A DNA stretch of 64,000 bases from the NCBI GenBank assembly GCA_963743975.1, contig CAVURS010000003.1, positions 149,512 to 213,511 on the forward strand. Reading direction: 5' to 3'. The position numbers and the translations under genes were made by a program. The notes below the pieces were generated by a model. It ran no database searches and was not told where the DNA came from. It saw only the letters and a list, made by a program, of their open reading frames with translations. This stretch comes from an uncultured Actinomycetota bacterium. Its GTDB lineage: Bacteria; Actinomycetota; Actinomycetes; Actinomycetales; CAVURS01. Numbering within the stretch: position 1 is the first letter of the stretch; each line of letters begins with the position of its first letter. Shown here piece by piece: positions 27,170-36,161 of the stretch.

Positions 27170-27625
27170 ATGAGCGAGACCACCGAGACCGCGATCCTTG
27201 CGGGCGGCTGCTTCTGGCCGGCCCAGGAGCTCCTGCGTCATCGTGCCGGCGTGCTCCGAACCCGGGTCGGCTACACCGGCGGGGAGAACGCCGATCCCAC
27301 CGAGGACGACCATCCGGGCCACGCCGAGGCCGTCGAGGTCGTCTTCGACCGGCAGCGGACCACCTACCGGGAGCTCGTCGACTTCTTCCTCCGGATCCAT
27401 CGAGCCGACCTGGACCAGGACGCCGTCGGCTCGGACTACCGCTCCGAGATCTTCTACCTGACCGAGGACCAGCGCGAGGTCGCCGAGAGGTCCGTTGCGG
27501 ACCTGGAGGCTGCCGGCGTCTTTCCCGGAAGGATCGTGACCCGGATCAGCTGCGCCGGCCCGTTCTACGCGGCGGAGGCCGAGGACCAGCACTACCTCGC
27601 GGACTACCCGCGCGGGCGGCGGTAG
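27170..27625 (+). CDS. msrA: peptide-methionine (S)-S-oxide reductase
   Basis: AILAGGCFWPAQEL contains the GCFW catalytic motif. The segments GYTGG...HAEAVEVVFD...DYRSEIFY are also present. ATG at 27170 within ORF 27023..27625. Confidence 0.9.
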   Translation: MSETTETAILAGGCFWPAQELLRHRAGVLRTRVGYTGGENADPTEDDHPGHAEAVEVVFDRQRTTYRELVDFFLRIHRADLDQDAVGSDYRSEIFYLTEDQREVAERSVADLEAAGVFPGRIVTRISCAGPFYAAEAEDQHYLADYPRGRR

Positions 27626-27679
27626 GCCGCCCTCCGCAGCGGTCCCGGCGTCGAGGGCACGGCGGTCCTGCTGCCCGGC

Positions 27680-28816
27680 CTAGGTCGGGGGGAAGACGAC
27701 GTCGACGTCGAGGCCGCCGTCGGGCCGAGCCGTGGCGAGGAGCTGAGCTCCATGGGCGCTCGCGATCGACTGGACGATGGTCAGCCCCAGCCCGTGTCCC
27801 TCGCCGGTCGACGTCCGCTCGACCCCGAGCCGCTGGAACGGTCGCAGCAGCGTCGACACCTGGTCCGCCGCGATGACCGGCCCGGTGTTGCGGACACTGA
27901 GGGACGCCCGTCCTTCGCTGCTCGCCGTGGTCACCTCGACCCAGCCGCCCTCGATGTTGTGCCGGATCGCGTTGTCGACCAGGTTGCCCACCAGGCTCTC
28001 GAGGAGCCGGCGGTCGCCGAGGACCGGCGCTGCAGCCAGTGTCGGGTCGATGCGCAGCGATCGGTCACGGCCGGCCGGCCGGCGGTCGCCCAGCACCGCA
28101 GCCGTGATGTCGCCGAGATCGCACGCCTCGCGGTGCTCGATGCCGCGTTCGCTGGTGGCGAGGGTCAGCAGCGCGTCGATCAGCCGCTCCTGGGCCACGC
28201 CGAGGGCGAGGACCTGGTGGCAGGCGGTTCGCAGGCTCCCCAGGTCGGCCTCGGGGTCGGCGAGAGCGACCTGCAGCAGGGTGCGTTCGGCCGCGAGGGG
28301 GGTCCGCAGCTCGTGAGAGGCGTTGGCCACGAAACGGCGCTGGGCGTCGAACGACACCTCCAGCCGGGAGAAGAGGTCGTCGAGCGTGGCGCCCAGCTGC
28401 TTGAACTCGTCGTCCGGGCCGGCCAGAGCAAGCCGCTGGTCCAGGCTGCTCGCCGAGATCTCGCGCGCCGTCTCGGTGATCGTCCGCAGCGGTCGTAGCA
28501 GCCGGCCGGCCAGCCACCAACCGAGCACCGCGGAGACCGCCACGAGGAGGACCAGTGCGATCCCCGACCCGAGCAGCACCCGTTGGAGGTCCCGCAGATG
28601 CTGGGTCCGGACGATCTCGGTCACCGGTGCGCCGGGGCCGGCGGGGCTGACGGTGGCGGAGACGGACGTCGAGCCGGTTCGCACGAAGCCGGCCGGGATG
28701 GCGAGCAGCACCAGGCCCGAGACGAAGAACCCCGCGGCGTACAGAAGGGCCAGCCGCGCGCGAATGGTTCGTGACGCCTGCCGGATCCGGTTCAGCCGCT
28801 GCCGGCCCCGGCTCAC
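27680..28816 (-). CDS. sensor histidine kinase (two TM segments, HAMP, HisKA, HATPase)
   Basis: H-box ASHELRTPL, N-box DNAIRHN and G-box GHGLGLTIV are present. The GTG at 28816 overlaps the response-regulator stop codon (GTGA). Confidence 0.85.
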   Translation of the reverse strand: MSRGRQRLNRIRQASRTIRARLALLYAAGFFVSGLVLLAIPAGFVRTGSTSVSATVSPAGPGAPVTEIVRTQHLRDLQRVLLGSGIALVLLVAVSAVLGWWLAGRLLRPLRTITETAREISASSLDQRLALAGPDDEFKQLGATLDDLFSRLEVSFDAQRRFVANASHELRTPLAAERTLLQVALADPEADLGSLRTACHQVLALGVAQERLIDALLTLATSERGIEHREACDLGDITAAVLGDRRPAGRDRSLRIDPTLAAAPVLGDRRLLESLVGNLVDNAIRHNIEGGWVEVTTASSEGRASLSVRNTGPVIAADQVSTLLRPFQRLGVERTSTGEGHGLGLTIVQSIASAHGAQLLATARPDGGLDVDVVFPPT

Positions 28817-29475
28817 GGCGACCCGACCCGGTATCCGGCCTCCCGGACGGTCGTGATGACCGGTGGGTCCCCGAGCTTGGCCCGGAGGCGTCGGATCGTC
28901 GTCTTCACGGTGGTGGTGAAGGGGTCGGCGGCCTCGTCCCAGACCCGGTCGAGCAGCTCCTCCGCCGACACGACGCGTCCTTCCCCCGCCATCAGGCACT
29001 CCAGCACGCCGAACTCCTTCGGGCTCAGGTCGAGCCGCCGCCCGTCGCGGGTCACGACCCGGCGACTCGGGTCGAGAACGAGACCGTCGTGCTCCAGCCT
29101 CGGCGGCAACGGCGGCGTGCTGCGGCGACCGAGTGCCCGCACACGGGCCACCAGCTCCCCGAAGTCGAAGGGCTTGGGCAGGTAGTCGTCGGCGCCCAGC
29201 TCGAGCCCACCGACACGGTCCTGGATGGTGGCGGCCGCCGTCAGCATCAGCACCCGGGTCGGCGAGCGCTCGGCGACCAGCCGGCGGCAGATCTGGTCCC
29301 CGTGGACGCCGGGGAGGTCTCGGTCCAGGACCACCACGTCGTACCTGGTCCGCCCCAGGAGCTCGAGGGTCGTCGGGCCGTCGACGGACACGTCGACGGC
29401 CATGCCCTCACGGCGCAGGCCGGTCGCGATCGACTGCGCGAGAATCTCGAAGTCCTCGGCGACCAGCACCCTCAT
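28813..29475 (-). CDS. OmpR/PhoB-family response regulator
   Basis: Receiver domain MRVLVAEDFE...DVVVLDRDLPG...LMLTA is followed by the wHTH LSPKEFGVLECLM...TVKTTIRRLRAKL...GYRV. Confidence 0.9.
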   Translation of the reverse strand: MRVLVAEDFEILAQSIATGLRREGMAVDVSVDGPTTLELLGRTRYDVVVLDRDLPGVHGDQICRRLVAERSPTRVLMLTAAATIQDRVGGLELGADDYLPKPFDFGELVARVRALGRRSTPPLPPRLEHDGLVLDPSRRVVTRDGRRLDLSPKEFGVLECLMAGEGRVVSAEELLDRVWDEAADPFTTTVKTTIRRLRAKLGDPPVITTVREAGYRVGSP

Positions 29476-29499
29476 GACCGCAACGATGCCAGGTGCCGG

Positions 29500-29538
29500 G
29501 TGACAACCAGGTGACACCGGCTGTCACGGCGCTGACAC
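29500..29538. promoter_or_regulatory. four hexamers in exact 11-bp register (GTGACA, GTGACA, TGTCAC, TGACAC), a candidate response-regulator binding array
   Basis: Read directly at 29500, 29511, 29522 and 29533. The array lies between the response-regulator start (29475, minus strand) and the ABC ATPase start (29593, plus strand). Confidence 0.5.
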
Positions 29539-29592
29539 CGCCCACCCCGTAGACCGTGCTGCACGGAGCACCGTCGGCGAGAGGCAGCACCC

Positions 29593-30528
29593 ATGAGCCA
29601 GGCCACCATCGAGATCTCGAACCTGCACAAGCGGTACGGCGCGACCCGGGCGCTCGACGGGCTGACATTCACCGTGTCCCCCGGCGAGATCACCGGTTTC
29701 GTCGGGCCGAACGGCGCCGGCAAGTCGACCACCATGCGGGTGGTGCTCGGCCTGGACGCGGTCCAGGAGGGTACGGCGATGGTGTCCGGCCAGCCGTACG
29801 TGAGCTTCTCAGAGCCGTTGCGACAGGTGGGGGCATTGCTCGATGCAGCTGCGCTGCAACCGAATCGGAGCGGTCGGAACCATCTGCTGTGGATGGCCCA
29901 CTCCCACGGCCTCGGCTCCCGCCGGGTCGACGAGGTCATCGAGCTGGTCGGCCTCGAGTCGGCCGCTCGGCGCAAGGCCGGCGGCTACTCCCTCGGCATG
30001 CGACAACGGCTGGGGATCGCCGCGGCGATGCTGGGCGACCCGCCGATCCTGATGATGGACGAGCCGTTCAACGGGATGGATCCGGAGGGCGTCGTCTGGA
30101 TGCGGGGCTTCCTGCGCGGGCTCGCCGCGCAGGGCCGCGCGGTGCTGATCTCCAGCCACCTGATGAGCGAGCTGCAGGACCTGGCCGAGCACCTCGTGGC
30201 GATCGGTCGCGGCCGGATCGTGGCTGACACCACGGTCGAGGAGCTGCTGACGGCCGCTTCCGGCGACCAGGTGCTCCTGAGGACGGTCGCGCCCGTCGAG
30301 GCGGCCCGGGTGCTGGCTGCCGCCGGCGCGGGGGTGACCCCGACCGGTCCGGACCGTCTGACGGTCACCGGTGTCGCGGCTGAGCGGGTCATCACCGTGC
30401 TCGGTGCGCACGCCGTTCCGTTCTCGGAGGTGGCGCCCCACCGGGTGACCCTGGAGACGGCGTACCTGGCGCTGACCGGCGAAGCGGTCGAGTTCGAGGC
30501 CGGGACCGCCGATGGGGCGTCCCGATGA
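29593..30528 (+). CDS. ABC transporter ATP-binding protein (ABC-2/DrrA-like)
   Basis: Walker A GPNGAGKST, signature YSLGMRQRL and Walker B ILMMDEPFNGMD are present. Confidence 0.9.
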   Translation: MSQATIEISNLHKRYGATRALDGLTFTVSPGEITGFVGPNGAGKSTTMRVVLGLDAVQEGTAMVSGQPYVSFSEPLRQVGALLDAAALQPNRSGRNHLLWMAHSHGLGSRRVDEVIELVGLESAARRKAGGYSLGMRQRLGIAAAMLGDPPILMMDEPFNGMDPEGVVWMRGFLRGLAAQGRAVLISSHLMSELQDLAEHLVAIGRGRIVADTTVEELLTAASGDQVLLRTVAPVEAARVLAAAGAGVTPTGPDRLTVTGVAAERVITVLGAHAVPFSEVAPHRVTLETAYLALTGEAVEFEAGTADGASR

Positions 30529-32129
30529 TCGCCGGCACGACGCCCGCCACGGTCTACCACTCGGGACTCGGGTCCCCCACAGCCGGCTTCGGGCAGCAGG
30601 TGCACGCCGAGTGGACGAAGCTGCGCACCGTCCGGTCGTGGCTGGCCACCACCGTCGTCGCGGCGATCGTGCTGGTGCTGTTCTCCTGGTTCGTGGCGAA
30701 CGGCAACCACGCGAGCATGTGTGACGGGCCGAACTCATGCCACGGCCTGCCTCCGCTGCCCGTCGGACCCGGGGGTGAGGCGGTGTCCGACAGCTACTAC
30801 TTCGTGCACCGGTCGCTGACCGGCGACGGCAGCATCACCGTCCGCGCCACATCGCTGACCGGGCGGGTCTCGGCCCGCGGGAACGTCAGCAGCGCCGGCT
30901 CGGACCCTCTGGCCGGCAGCCGCCCCGGACTGTCCCCGTGGGCCAAGGCCGGCCTGCTGGTCACCTCGAGCCTGAAGCAAGGCGCCGCGTACGCCGCGGT
31001 GGTGGTCACCGGCGCGCACGGGGTGCGCATGCAGGATGACTACACCCATGACGTGGGCGGCAGTCCCGGAGCCGTGTCCTCCCAGGCACCGCGGTGGCTG
31101 CGGTTGACCCGTCACGGTGAGACCCTCGTCGGCGCCGAGTCGGCCGACGGCGTGCGGTGGACCACGATCGACAGCGTCCACCTGTCCCGCCTGCCGTCGA
31201 CGGTCCAGGTCGGGCTGATGGTCGCCTCACCCACGATCCCGACAGCCGGTGGTGGGTTCCAGTCCACCTATGCCACAGCGCAGTTCGACCACCTCGGCCT
31301 CTCCACCTCCTCCGGTGCTCCCGGTGCTGCCGGCACGACCGGGTGGGTCGGGGCGGACGTCGGGAGCGGTCCGAGCTACCCCACGCTCGCCGCCGGCAGC
31401 TACCACCAGGCAGGCGGACAGCTCACCGTCAGCGGCTCCGGCGACATCGCCCCCGCGGTCGACGGCGCCGGCGGTGGCGCGTCGACCGGCAACACCGGCC
31501 TGATCGGCGCCTTCGCCGCGATGATCGCGGTCGCCGTCCTGGGGGCGCTCTTCATCACCGCGGAGTTTCGTCGTGGCCTGTTCCGGACGACGTTGACGGC
31601 GTCCCCCCGCCGAGGTCGGCTGCTGGTCGCCAAGAGCGTCGTCGTGGGTGGCGCGACGTTCGTGCCCGCACTGATCGGGGCGGTCGTGGCGGTACTGGTC
31701 AGCCGTCGGGTGTTGGTCAGCAACGGGAACGCGCTGTTTCCGATCTCGGCCGTCACCGAGGTCCGGGTCGTGGTCGGCACCGCGGCGGTGGTGGCGCTCA
31801 CGTCGATCCTGGCGATGGCCGTCGGTGCGATCCTGCGGCGCAGTGCCGGAGCGGTCGCCTTCGTGGTGGTGGCGGTCGTCGTACCGTTCATCATCGCGCT
31901 GACCCCGTCGATGTCCTCCGGGATCGGTGCGTGGCTGCTGCGGGTCAGTCCGGCCGCCGGCTTCGCGGTGCAGCAGGAGCTCGTCCGTTATGGGCAGGTC
32001 ACGAACGCCTACACGCCGGTCAACGGCTACTTCCCGCTGCCGCCGTGGGCCGGGTTCGCGGTGCTGTGCGCCTGGACGCTGCTCGCCCTGGGCCTCGCGA
32101 ACCGGCTGATCGCGCGGCGTGACGCATGA
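30525..32129 (+). CDS. ABC-2-type permease with a large extracytoplasmic concanavalin/DUF1349-like insertion
   Basis: The N-terminal EWTKLRTVRSW + TM1 and the C-terminal TM bundle parallel the next gene. About 270 aa between TM1 and TM2 carry GDGSITVRATS...WAKAGLLV...AAYAAVVVTGAHGVRMQ...WLRLTRHGETLVGAESADGVRWTTI...VQVGLMVAS...TAQFDHLGL. Its start overlaps the ATPase stop codon. Confidence 0.8.
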   Translation: MIAGTTPATVYHSGLGSPTAGFGQQVHAEWTKLRTVRSWLATTVVAAIVLVLFSWFVANGNHASMCDGPNSCHGLPPLPVGPGGEAVSDSYYFVHRSLTGDGSITVRATSLTGRVSARGNVSSAGSDPLAGSRPGLSPWAKAGLLVTSSLKQGAAYAAVVVTGAHGVRMQDDYTHDVGGSPGAVSSQAPRWLRLTRHGETLVGAESADGVRWTTIDSVHLSRLPSTVQVGLMVASPTIPTAGGGFQSTYATAQFDHLGLSTSSGAPGAAGTTGWVGADVGSGPSYPTLAAGSYHQAGGQLTVSGSGDIAPAVDGAGGGASTGNTGLIGAFAAMIAVAVLGALFITAEFRRGLFRTTLTASPRRGRLLVAKSVVVGGATFVPALIGAVVAVLVSRRVLVSNGNALFPISAVTEVRVVVGTAAVVALTSILAMAVGAILRRSAGAVAFVVVAVVVPFIIALTPSMSSGIGAWLLRVSPAAGFAVQQELVRYGQVTNAYTPVNGYFPLPPWAGFAVLCAWTLLALGLANRLIARRDA

Positions 32130-32899
32130 GGCGGGTCCTGCACGCCGAGTGGACCAAGGTGCGGACGGTGGCGGCTCCGGCTGCCCTCATCCTGGCGTGC
32201 ATCGTCGTGTCGACCGGTGTCAGCGCGGTGACGTCGGGTGCGGTCGGCGCGAGCGACGGACCGGACCAGGACCCGGTCAAGCTCGCCCTCACGGGGGTCG
32301 ACGTCGGGCAGGCCATGATCGTCGGTCTGGCCGTCCTGATGGTGACGAGCGAGTACGCGAGCGGGATGATCCGGACCACCCTCACCGCGGTGCCCCGCCG
32401 ACTGGCGGTGCTCGCCGCGAAGGCCGCTCTGCTGGTCGCCGCGACCCTCGTGGCGGGCGGGGTTGCCGTCCTCCTCAGCCTGCTGGCGAGCCGGCCGCTG
32501 TTGCTGGGGAACGGTTTTCGCTCGGCCGATGGGTTCGAGCCGGTCAGTCTCGATGATCCGGCCACCCTGCGCGCCGCCGTCGGCACCGCGCTGTACCTCG
32601 CGCTCGTCGCGCTGCTCAGCCTCGGTGTCGCGACGATCGTCCGCGACGCCGCCACGGCCGTCGGTGCGATCCTCGGACTGCTGTACCTCTTCCCGCTGCT
32701 CACGACGTTGGTGTCGGACCCGCACTGGCAGCGCCGCATCGAGCAGATCGGGCCGATGAGTGCCGGGCTCGCCGTCCAGGCAACGACCCACGTGCGAGCC
32801 GCGCCCATCGGACCCTGGCACGGTCTGGGCGTGCTCGGCCTCTGGGCCGCGGGCGCCATGCTGGCTGCCGCGGCCCTTCTCAAGCTCCGCGACGCCTGA
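32126..32899 (+). CDS. ABC-2-type transporter permease
   Basis: The 257-aa protein has six predicted TM-like segments. Its N-terminal HAEWTKVRTV motif is shared with the preceding permease, and it overlaps that gene by 4 nt. Confidence 0.85.
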   Translation: MRRVLHAEWTKVRTVAAPAALILACIVVSTGVSAVTSGAVGASDGPDQDPVKLALTGVDVGQAMIVGLAVLMVTSEYASGMIRTTLTAVPRRLAVLAAKAALLVAATLVAGGVAVLLSLLASRPLLLGNGFRSADGFEPVSLDDPATLRAAVGTALYLALVALLSLGVATIVRDAATAVGAILGLLYLFPLLTTLVSDPHWQRRIEQIGPMSAGLAVQATTHVRAAPIGPWHGLGVLGLWAAGAMLAAAALLKLRDA

Positions 32900-33772
32900 T
32901 CACGGCCGTGGACGCTGTGAGGCGGCGGCTGTCGCGTCGAGGGTGGCCAGCGTCAGGGGGTGTGCGGGCTGGGCCGGGAAGGGCTCGCTGACGTCGATGA
33001 CGAGGTCCGGGCCGATGTGCAGCAGCTCCCCGGAGGCGAGCAGCCGCCAGCCGACCTCGCCGTCCATGGGCTCGCTGGCCAGGACGACGCGTCCCCGGCC
33101 GGCCAGGTCCGGGGACCGGGCGTGGATGCGGTCGGTGCGCACGTCCATCTCCTCGTCGGCGCCGCTGGTGCCGTCGGGCCGTTCCAGCACCCACAGCTGA
33201 TTCGTCTCCGGGTAGCGCAGCGCCCACAGGTCGGTCGCGGTGGCCAGGATGAGGTTCACCGAGTAGACCGGCAGGTGCTCGCAGATCCAGCCGACCGCGG
33301 CGACGATCCCGGCCCCGGCGTCACCGTCGTGGCGAGCCGTCTCGGCAGTGATCAGGGCGAACATGCGCTCGCTGTCCGTCTGCCCCTGCACCAGGGGTGC
33401 GGCGCCGAGCTGGTGCAGTCGCCCGTCGAGCCGGTCCAGTCCCTGGATCACGCCGTTGTGCGCGAACAGCCGGCCCTCCTGCAGGAAGGGATGAGTGTTC
33501 GGCACGGTCAAGGCCCCGGTGCTGGCGTGCCGGACGTGAGCGATGAACGTCGTCCCGGTCAGCTCTCGCGCCGCGGTCGCGAAGTCGACGTCGTCCCAGG
33601 CGGCGATCGGCTGCTTGCTCACCACCGGTGCTGCGTCCGGGCCGAAGACGCCGATTCCGGCGCCGTCGGGGTTTCGCCGGCTCTGTGCCTGCAGGCTGTC
33701 GGGGGCGTCGAGCAGCCAGAACGTCGCGGCGACGGGCGACGTCCCCGCATGCAGACCGAAAAGTCGACACAT
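32900..33772 (-). CDS. class-II (Ntn) glutamine amidotransferase, YafJ/EgtC-like
   Basis: ATG at 33772 gives MCRLFG, with the nucleophile Cys at position 2. The segments HVRHAS...NTHPF...FAHNGVI are also present. Confidence 0.85.
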   Translation of the reverse strand: MCRLFGLHAGTSPVAATFWLLDAPDSLQAQSRRNPDGAGIGVFGPDAAPVVSKQPIAAWDDVDFATAARELTGTTFIAHVRHASTGALTVPNTHPFLQEGRLFAHNGVIQGLDRLDGRLHQLGAAPLVQGQTDSERMFALITAETARHDGDAGAGIVAAVGWICEHLPVYSVNLILATATDLWALRYPETNQLWVLERPDGTSGADEEMDVRTDRIHARSPDLAGRGRVVLASEPMDGEVGWRLLASGELLHIGPDLVIDVSEPFPAQPAHPLTLATLDATAAASQRPRP

Positions 33773-33834
33773 CGGTGGGGCTCCTTCACGGCCCGGGGCC
33801 ACCTGATCGGTGGCCGTCACTGCATAGTGAACAC

Positions 33835-35241
33835 ATGGCCCTTCACGGCGGCACCGTCCCCTCCCGCAGCCCAGGCTCCGAACACCGCGACGCCAACCCG
33901 TTCCTCGGCTTGGCCAACCCGGCGCTGGAGAACGAGATCAGCGCGCCGCTGCACCAGCTCGCACGCCAGCCGGTGCCGCCCGACGTCGCCTACCAGCTCA
34001 TCCACGACGAGCTGCTGCTGGACGGCAGCGCCCGGCTGAACCTGGCCACGTTCGTCACGACCTGGATGGAGCCGCAGGCCGGCGTGCTGATGGCCGAGTC
34101 GGTCGACAAGAACATGATCGACAAGGACGAGTACCCGCAGACCGCGGCGATCGAGAACCGCTGCGTGGCGATCCTGGCCGACCTGTGGCACGCGCCGCAG
34201 TCCGACGTCGCCACCGGCTGCTCGACCACCGGGTCGAGCGAGGCCTGCATGCTGGCCGGGATGGCGCTCAAGCGCCGCTGGGCCACCCGCGTCGGCGACC
34301 AGCCGGGCCGCAAGCCGAACCTGGTGATGGGTGCCAACGTGCAGGTCTGCTGGGAGAAGTTCTGCCGCTACTGGGACGTCGAGCCCCGGCTCGTGCCGCT
34401 CGAGGGCGACCGCCTGCACCTGGGTGCCGCCGAAGCGGTGGCCCACTGCGACGAGAACACCATCGGCGTGGTGGCGATCCTCGGCTCCACCTTCGACGGC
34501 AGCTACGAGCCGGTCGCCGACATCGCCGCGGCGCTGGACGAGCTCGCCGCCGGCGGCGGCCCTGACATCCCGATCCACGTCGACGGCGCGTCCGGAGGGA
34601 TGGTCGCCCCGTTCCTGGATCCCGACCTGGTCTGGGACTTCCGGCTGCCGCGGGTGGCGTCGATCAACACCTCGGGCCACAAGTACGGGCTGGTGTACCC
34701 CGGTGTCGGCTGGGCCATCTGGCGGGACGCCGACGCGCTGCCCGAGGAGCTGGTGTTCAACGTCAACTACCTCGGCGGCAACATGCCGACCTTCGCGCTG
34801 AACTTCTCCCGGCCCGGTGCCGAGGTGATTGCGCAGTACTACACGTTCTTCCGGCTCGGCTTCGAGGGCTACGCCGCGGTGCAGCAGGCCTCGCGCGACG
34901 TCGCGACGTCCCTGGCCGGGCAGATCGAGCAGATGGGCCCGTACCGGCTGATCACCCGTGGCGACCAGCTCCCGGTGTTCGCCTTCACGACCACCCCCGA
35001 CGTCACCGAGTGGGACGTCTTCGCCGTCTCCCGCGGGCTGCGCGAGCACGGCTGGCAGGTGCCTGCCTACACGTTCCCCGACAACCGGACCGACCTCGCC
35101 GTCCTGCGCATCGTGTGCCGCCACGGCTTCTCCGCGGACCTCGCCGACCTGTTCATGCGCGACCTGACCCAGGTCACGACGACCCTGCAGACCGACGTCA
35201 GGAAGGTCGGCAGCAGCGGCCCGAAGTCCTTCCACCACTGA
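33835..35241 (+). CDS. glutamate decarboxylase (PLP-dependent)
   Basis: ARLNLATFVTTWMEP...DKDEYPQTAAIENRCV...SINTSGHKYGLVYPGVGW contains the PLP-binding Lys motif. ATG at 33835 within ORF 33628..35241. Confidence 0.9.
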   Translation: MALHGGTVPSRSPGSEHRDANPFLGLANPALENEISAPLHQLARQPVPPDVAYQLIHDELLLDGSARLNLATFVTTWMEPQAGVLMAESVDKNMIDKDEYPQTAAIENRCVAILADLWHAPQSDVATGCSTTGSSEACMLAGMALKRRWATRVGDQPGRKPNLVMGANVQVCWEKFCRYWDVEPRLVPLEGDRLHLGAAEAVAHCDENTIGVVAILGSTFDGSYEPVADIAAALDELAAGGGPDIPIHVDGASGGMVAPFLDPDLVWDFRLPRVASINTSGHKYGLVYPGVGWAIWRDADALPEELVFNVNYLGGNMPTFALNFSRPGAEVIAQYYTFFRLGFEGYAAVQQASRDVATSLAGQIEQMGPYRLITRGDQLPVFAFTTTPDVTEWDVFAVSRGLREHGWQVPAYTFPDNRTDLAVLRIVCRHGFSADLADLFMRDLTQVTTTLQTDVRKVGSSGPKSFHH

Positions 35242-35260
35242 CCAGGAGGCGCCCCTGCCG

Positions 35261-36070
35261 CTACTCCCCGACGAGGGCGCCGCCGACGCCGCCGACGCTG
35301 AAGTACCGGTGGCCGAGGCCGAACAGCAGGATGGCCGGCGCCATCACGACCAGGGCCAGGGAGCTCCCCGCCGGCGACCCCGCACCGAAGATGTCGACGG
35401 CGATCGGCAACGTGTACCTCGACTGCGAGCGCAGGAACACGACGGCCACCAGGTAGTCGTTCCAGGACAGCAGGAAGGTGAAGATCGCCGTGGACAGCAG
35501 GCCCGGCCAGGAGTTGGGCAGGACGATCCGCACGAACACGCCGAAGGTCGAGCAGCCGTCGAGCGACGCGGCCTGGTCGAGCGTCGTCGGGATCGAGTCC
35601 ATGTACGACGCGATCATCCACGTGGCGACGGCGAGCGAGGATCCGACGTAGATGATCATCAGGCCGAGCAGGCTGTCCACCAGGTGCAGGCCCACGAACA
35701 GGATGAACAGCGGGATCACCGCAGTGATCGTCGGCAGTGACTGGATGACGAACAGCAGCAACGAGTAGCCGGACAGCAGTCGGCTCCGGCCGCGGGAGAT
35801 GACGTAGCCCGCGGGAGCCGCGACGACGATGCAGACGACGACGGTCGACAGCGTGACCGCGAGGCTGTTGGCCAGCCATCGCGCCGTGTCGGAGTAGCGG
35901 AACAGGTCGACCAGGTTCGTCACGGTCAGGCCGAGGAAGCGACCGCCTCGGCCCTGGGCGGCAAAGGCCCGAGCGAAGATGGTCGCGATGGGTGCCAGGG
36001 CCACTGCCGTCACGACCAGTGCGACCGTGAGCCGCAACCACTTCCAGCGATCGCGCCGGCGGCCTCCCAC
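35261..36070 (-). CDS. carbohydrate ABC transporter permease (MalG/CUT1-type)
   Basis: The EAA-loop-like segment DQAASLDGCSTFGVFVRIVLPNSWPGL is present, along with six hydrophobic segments. Confidence 0.8.
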   Translation of the reverse strand: MGGRRRDRWKWLRLTVALVVTAVALAPIATIFARAFAAQGRGGRFLGLTVTNLVDLFRYSDTARWLANSLAVTLSTVVVCIVVAAPAGYVISRGRSRLLSGYSLLLFVIQSLPTITAVIPLFILFVGLHLVDSLLGLMIIYVGSSLAVATWMIASYMDSIPTTLDQAASLDGCSTFGVFVRIVLPNSWPGLLSTAIFTFLLSWNDYLVAVVFLRSQSRYTLPIAVDIFGAGSPAGSSLALVVMAPAILLFGLGHRYFSVGGVGGALVGE

Positions 36071-36161
36071 CCTGCGACCCTACCCGCGGCAGCCCCTCGC
36101 CCCGGCGCGCCGCTGGTTCGATGTCAGCACCAGGGGCGGCTGATCTTCGTAGCATGGGGGC

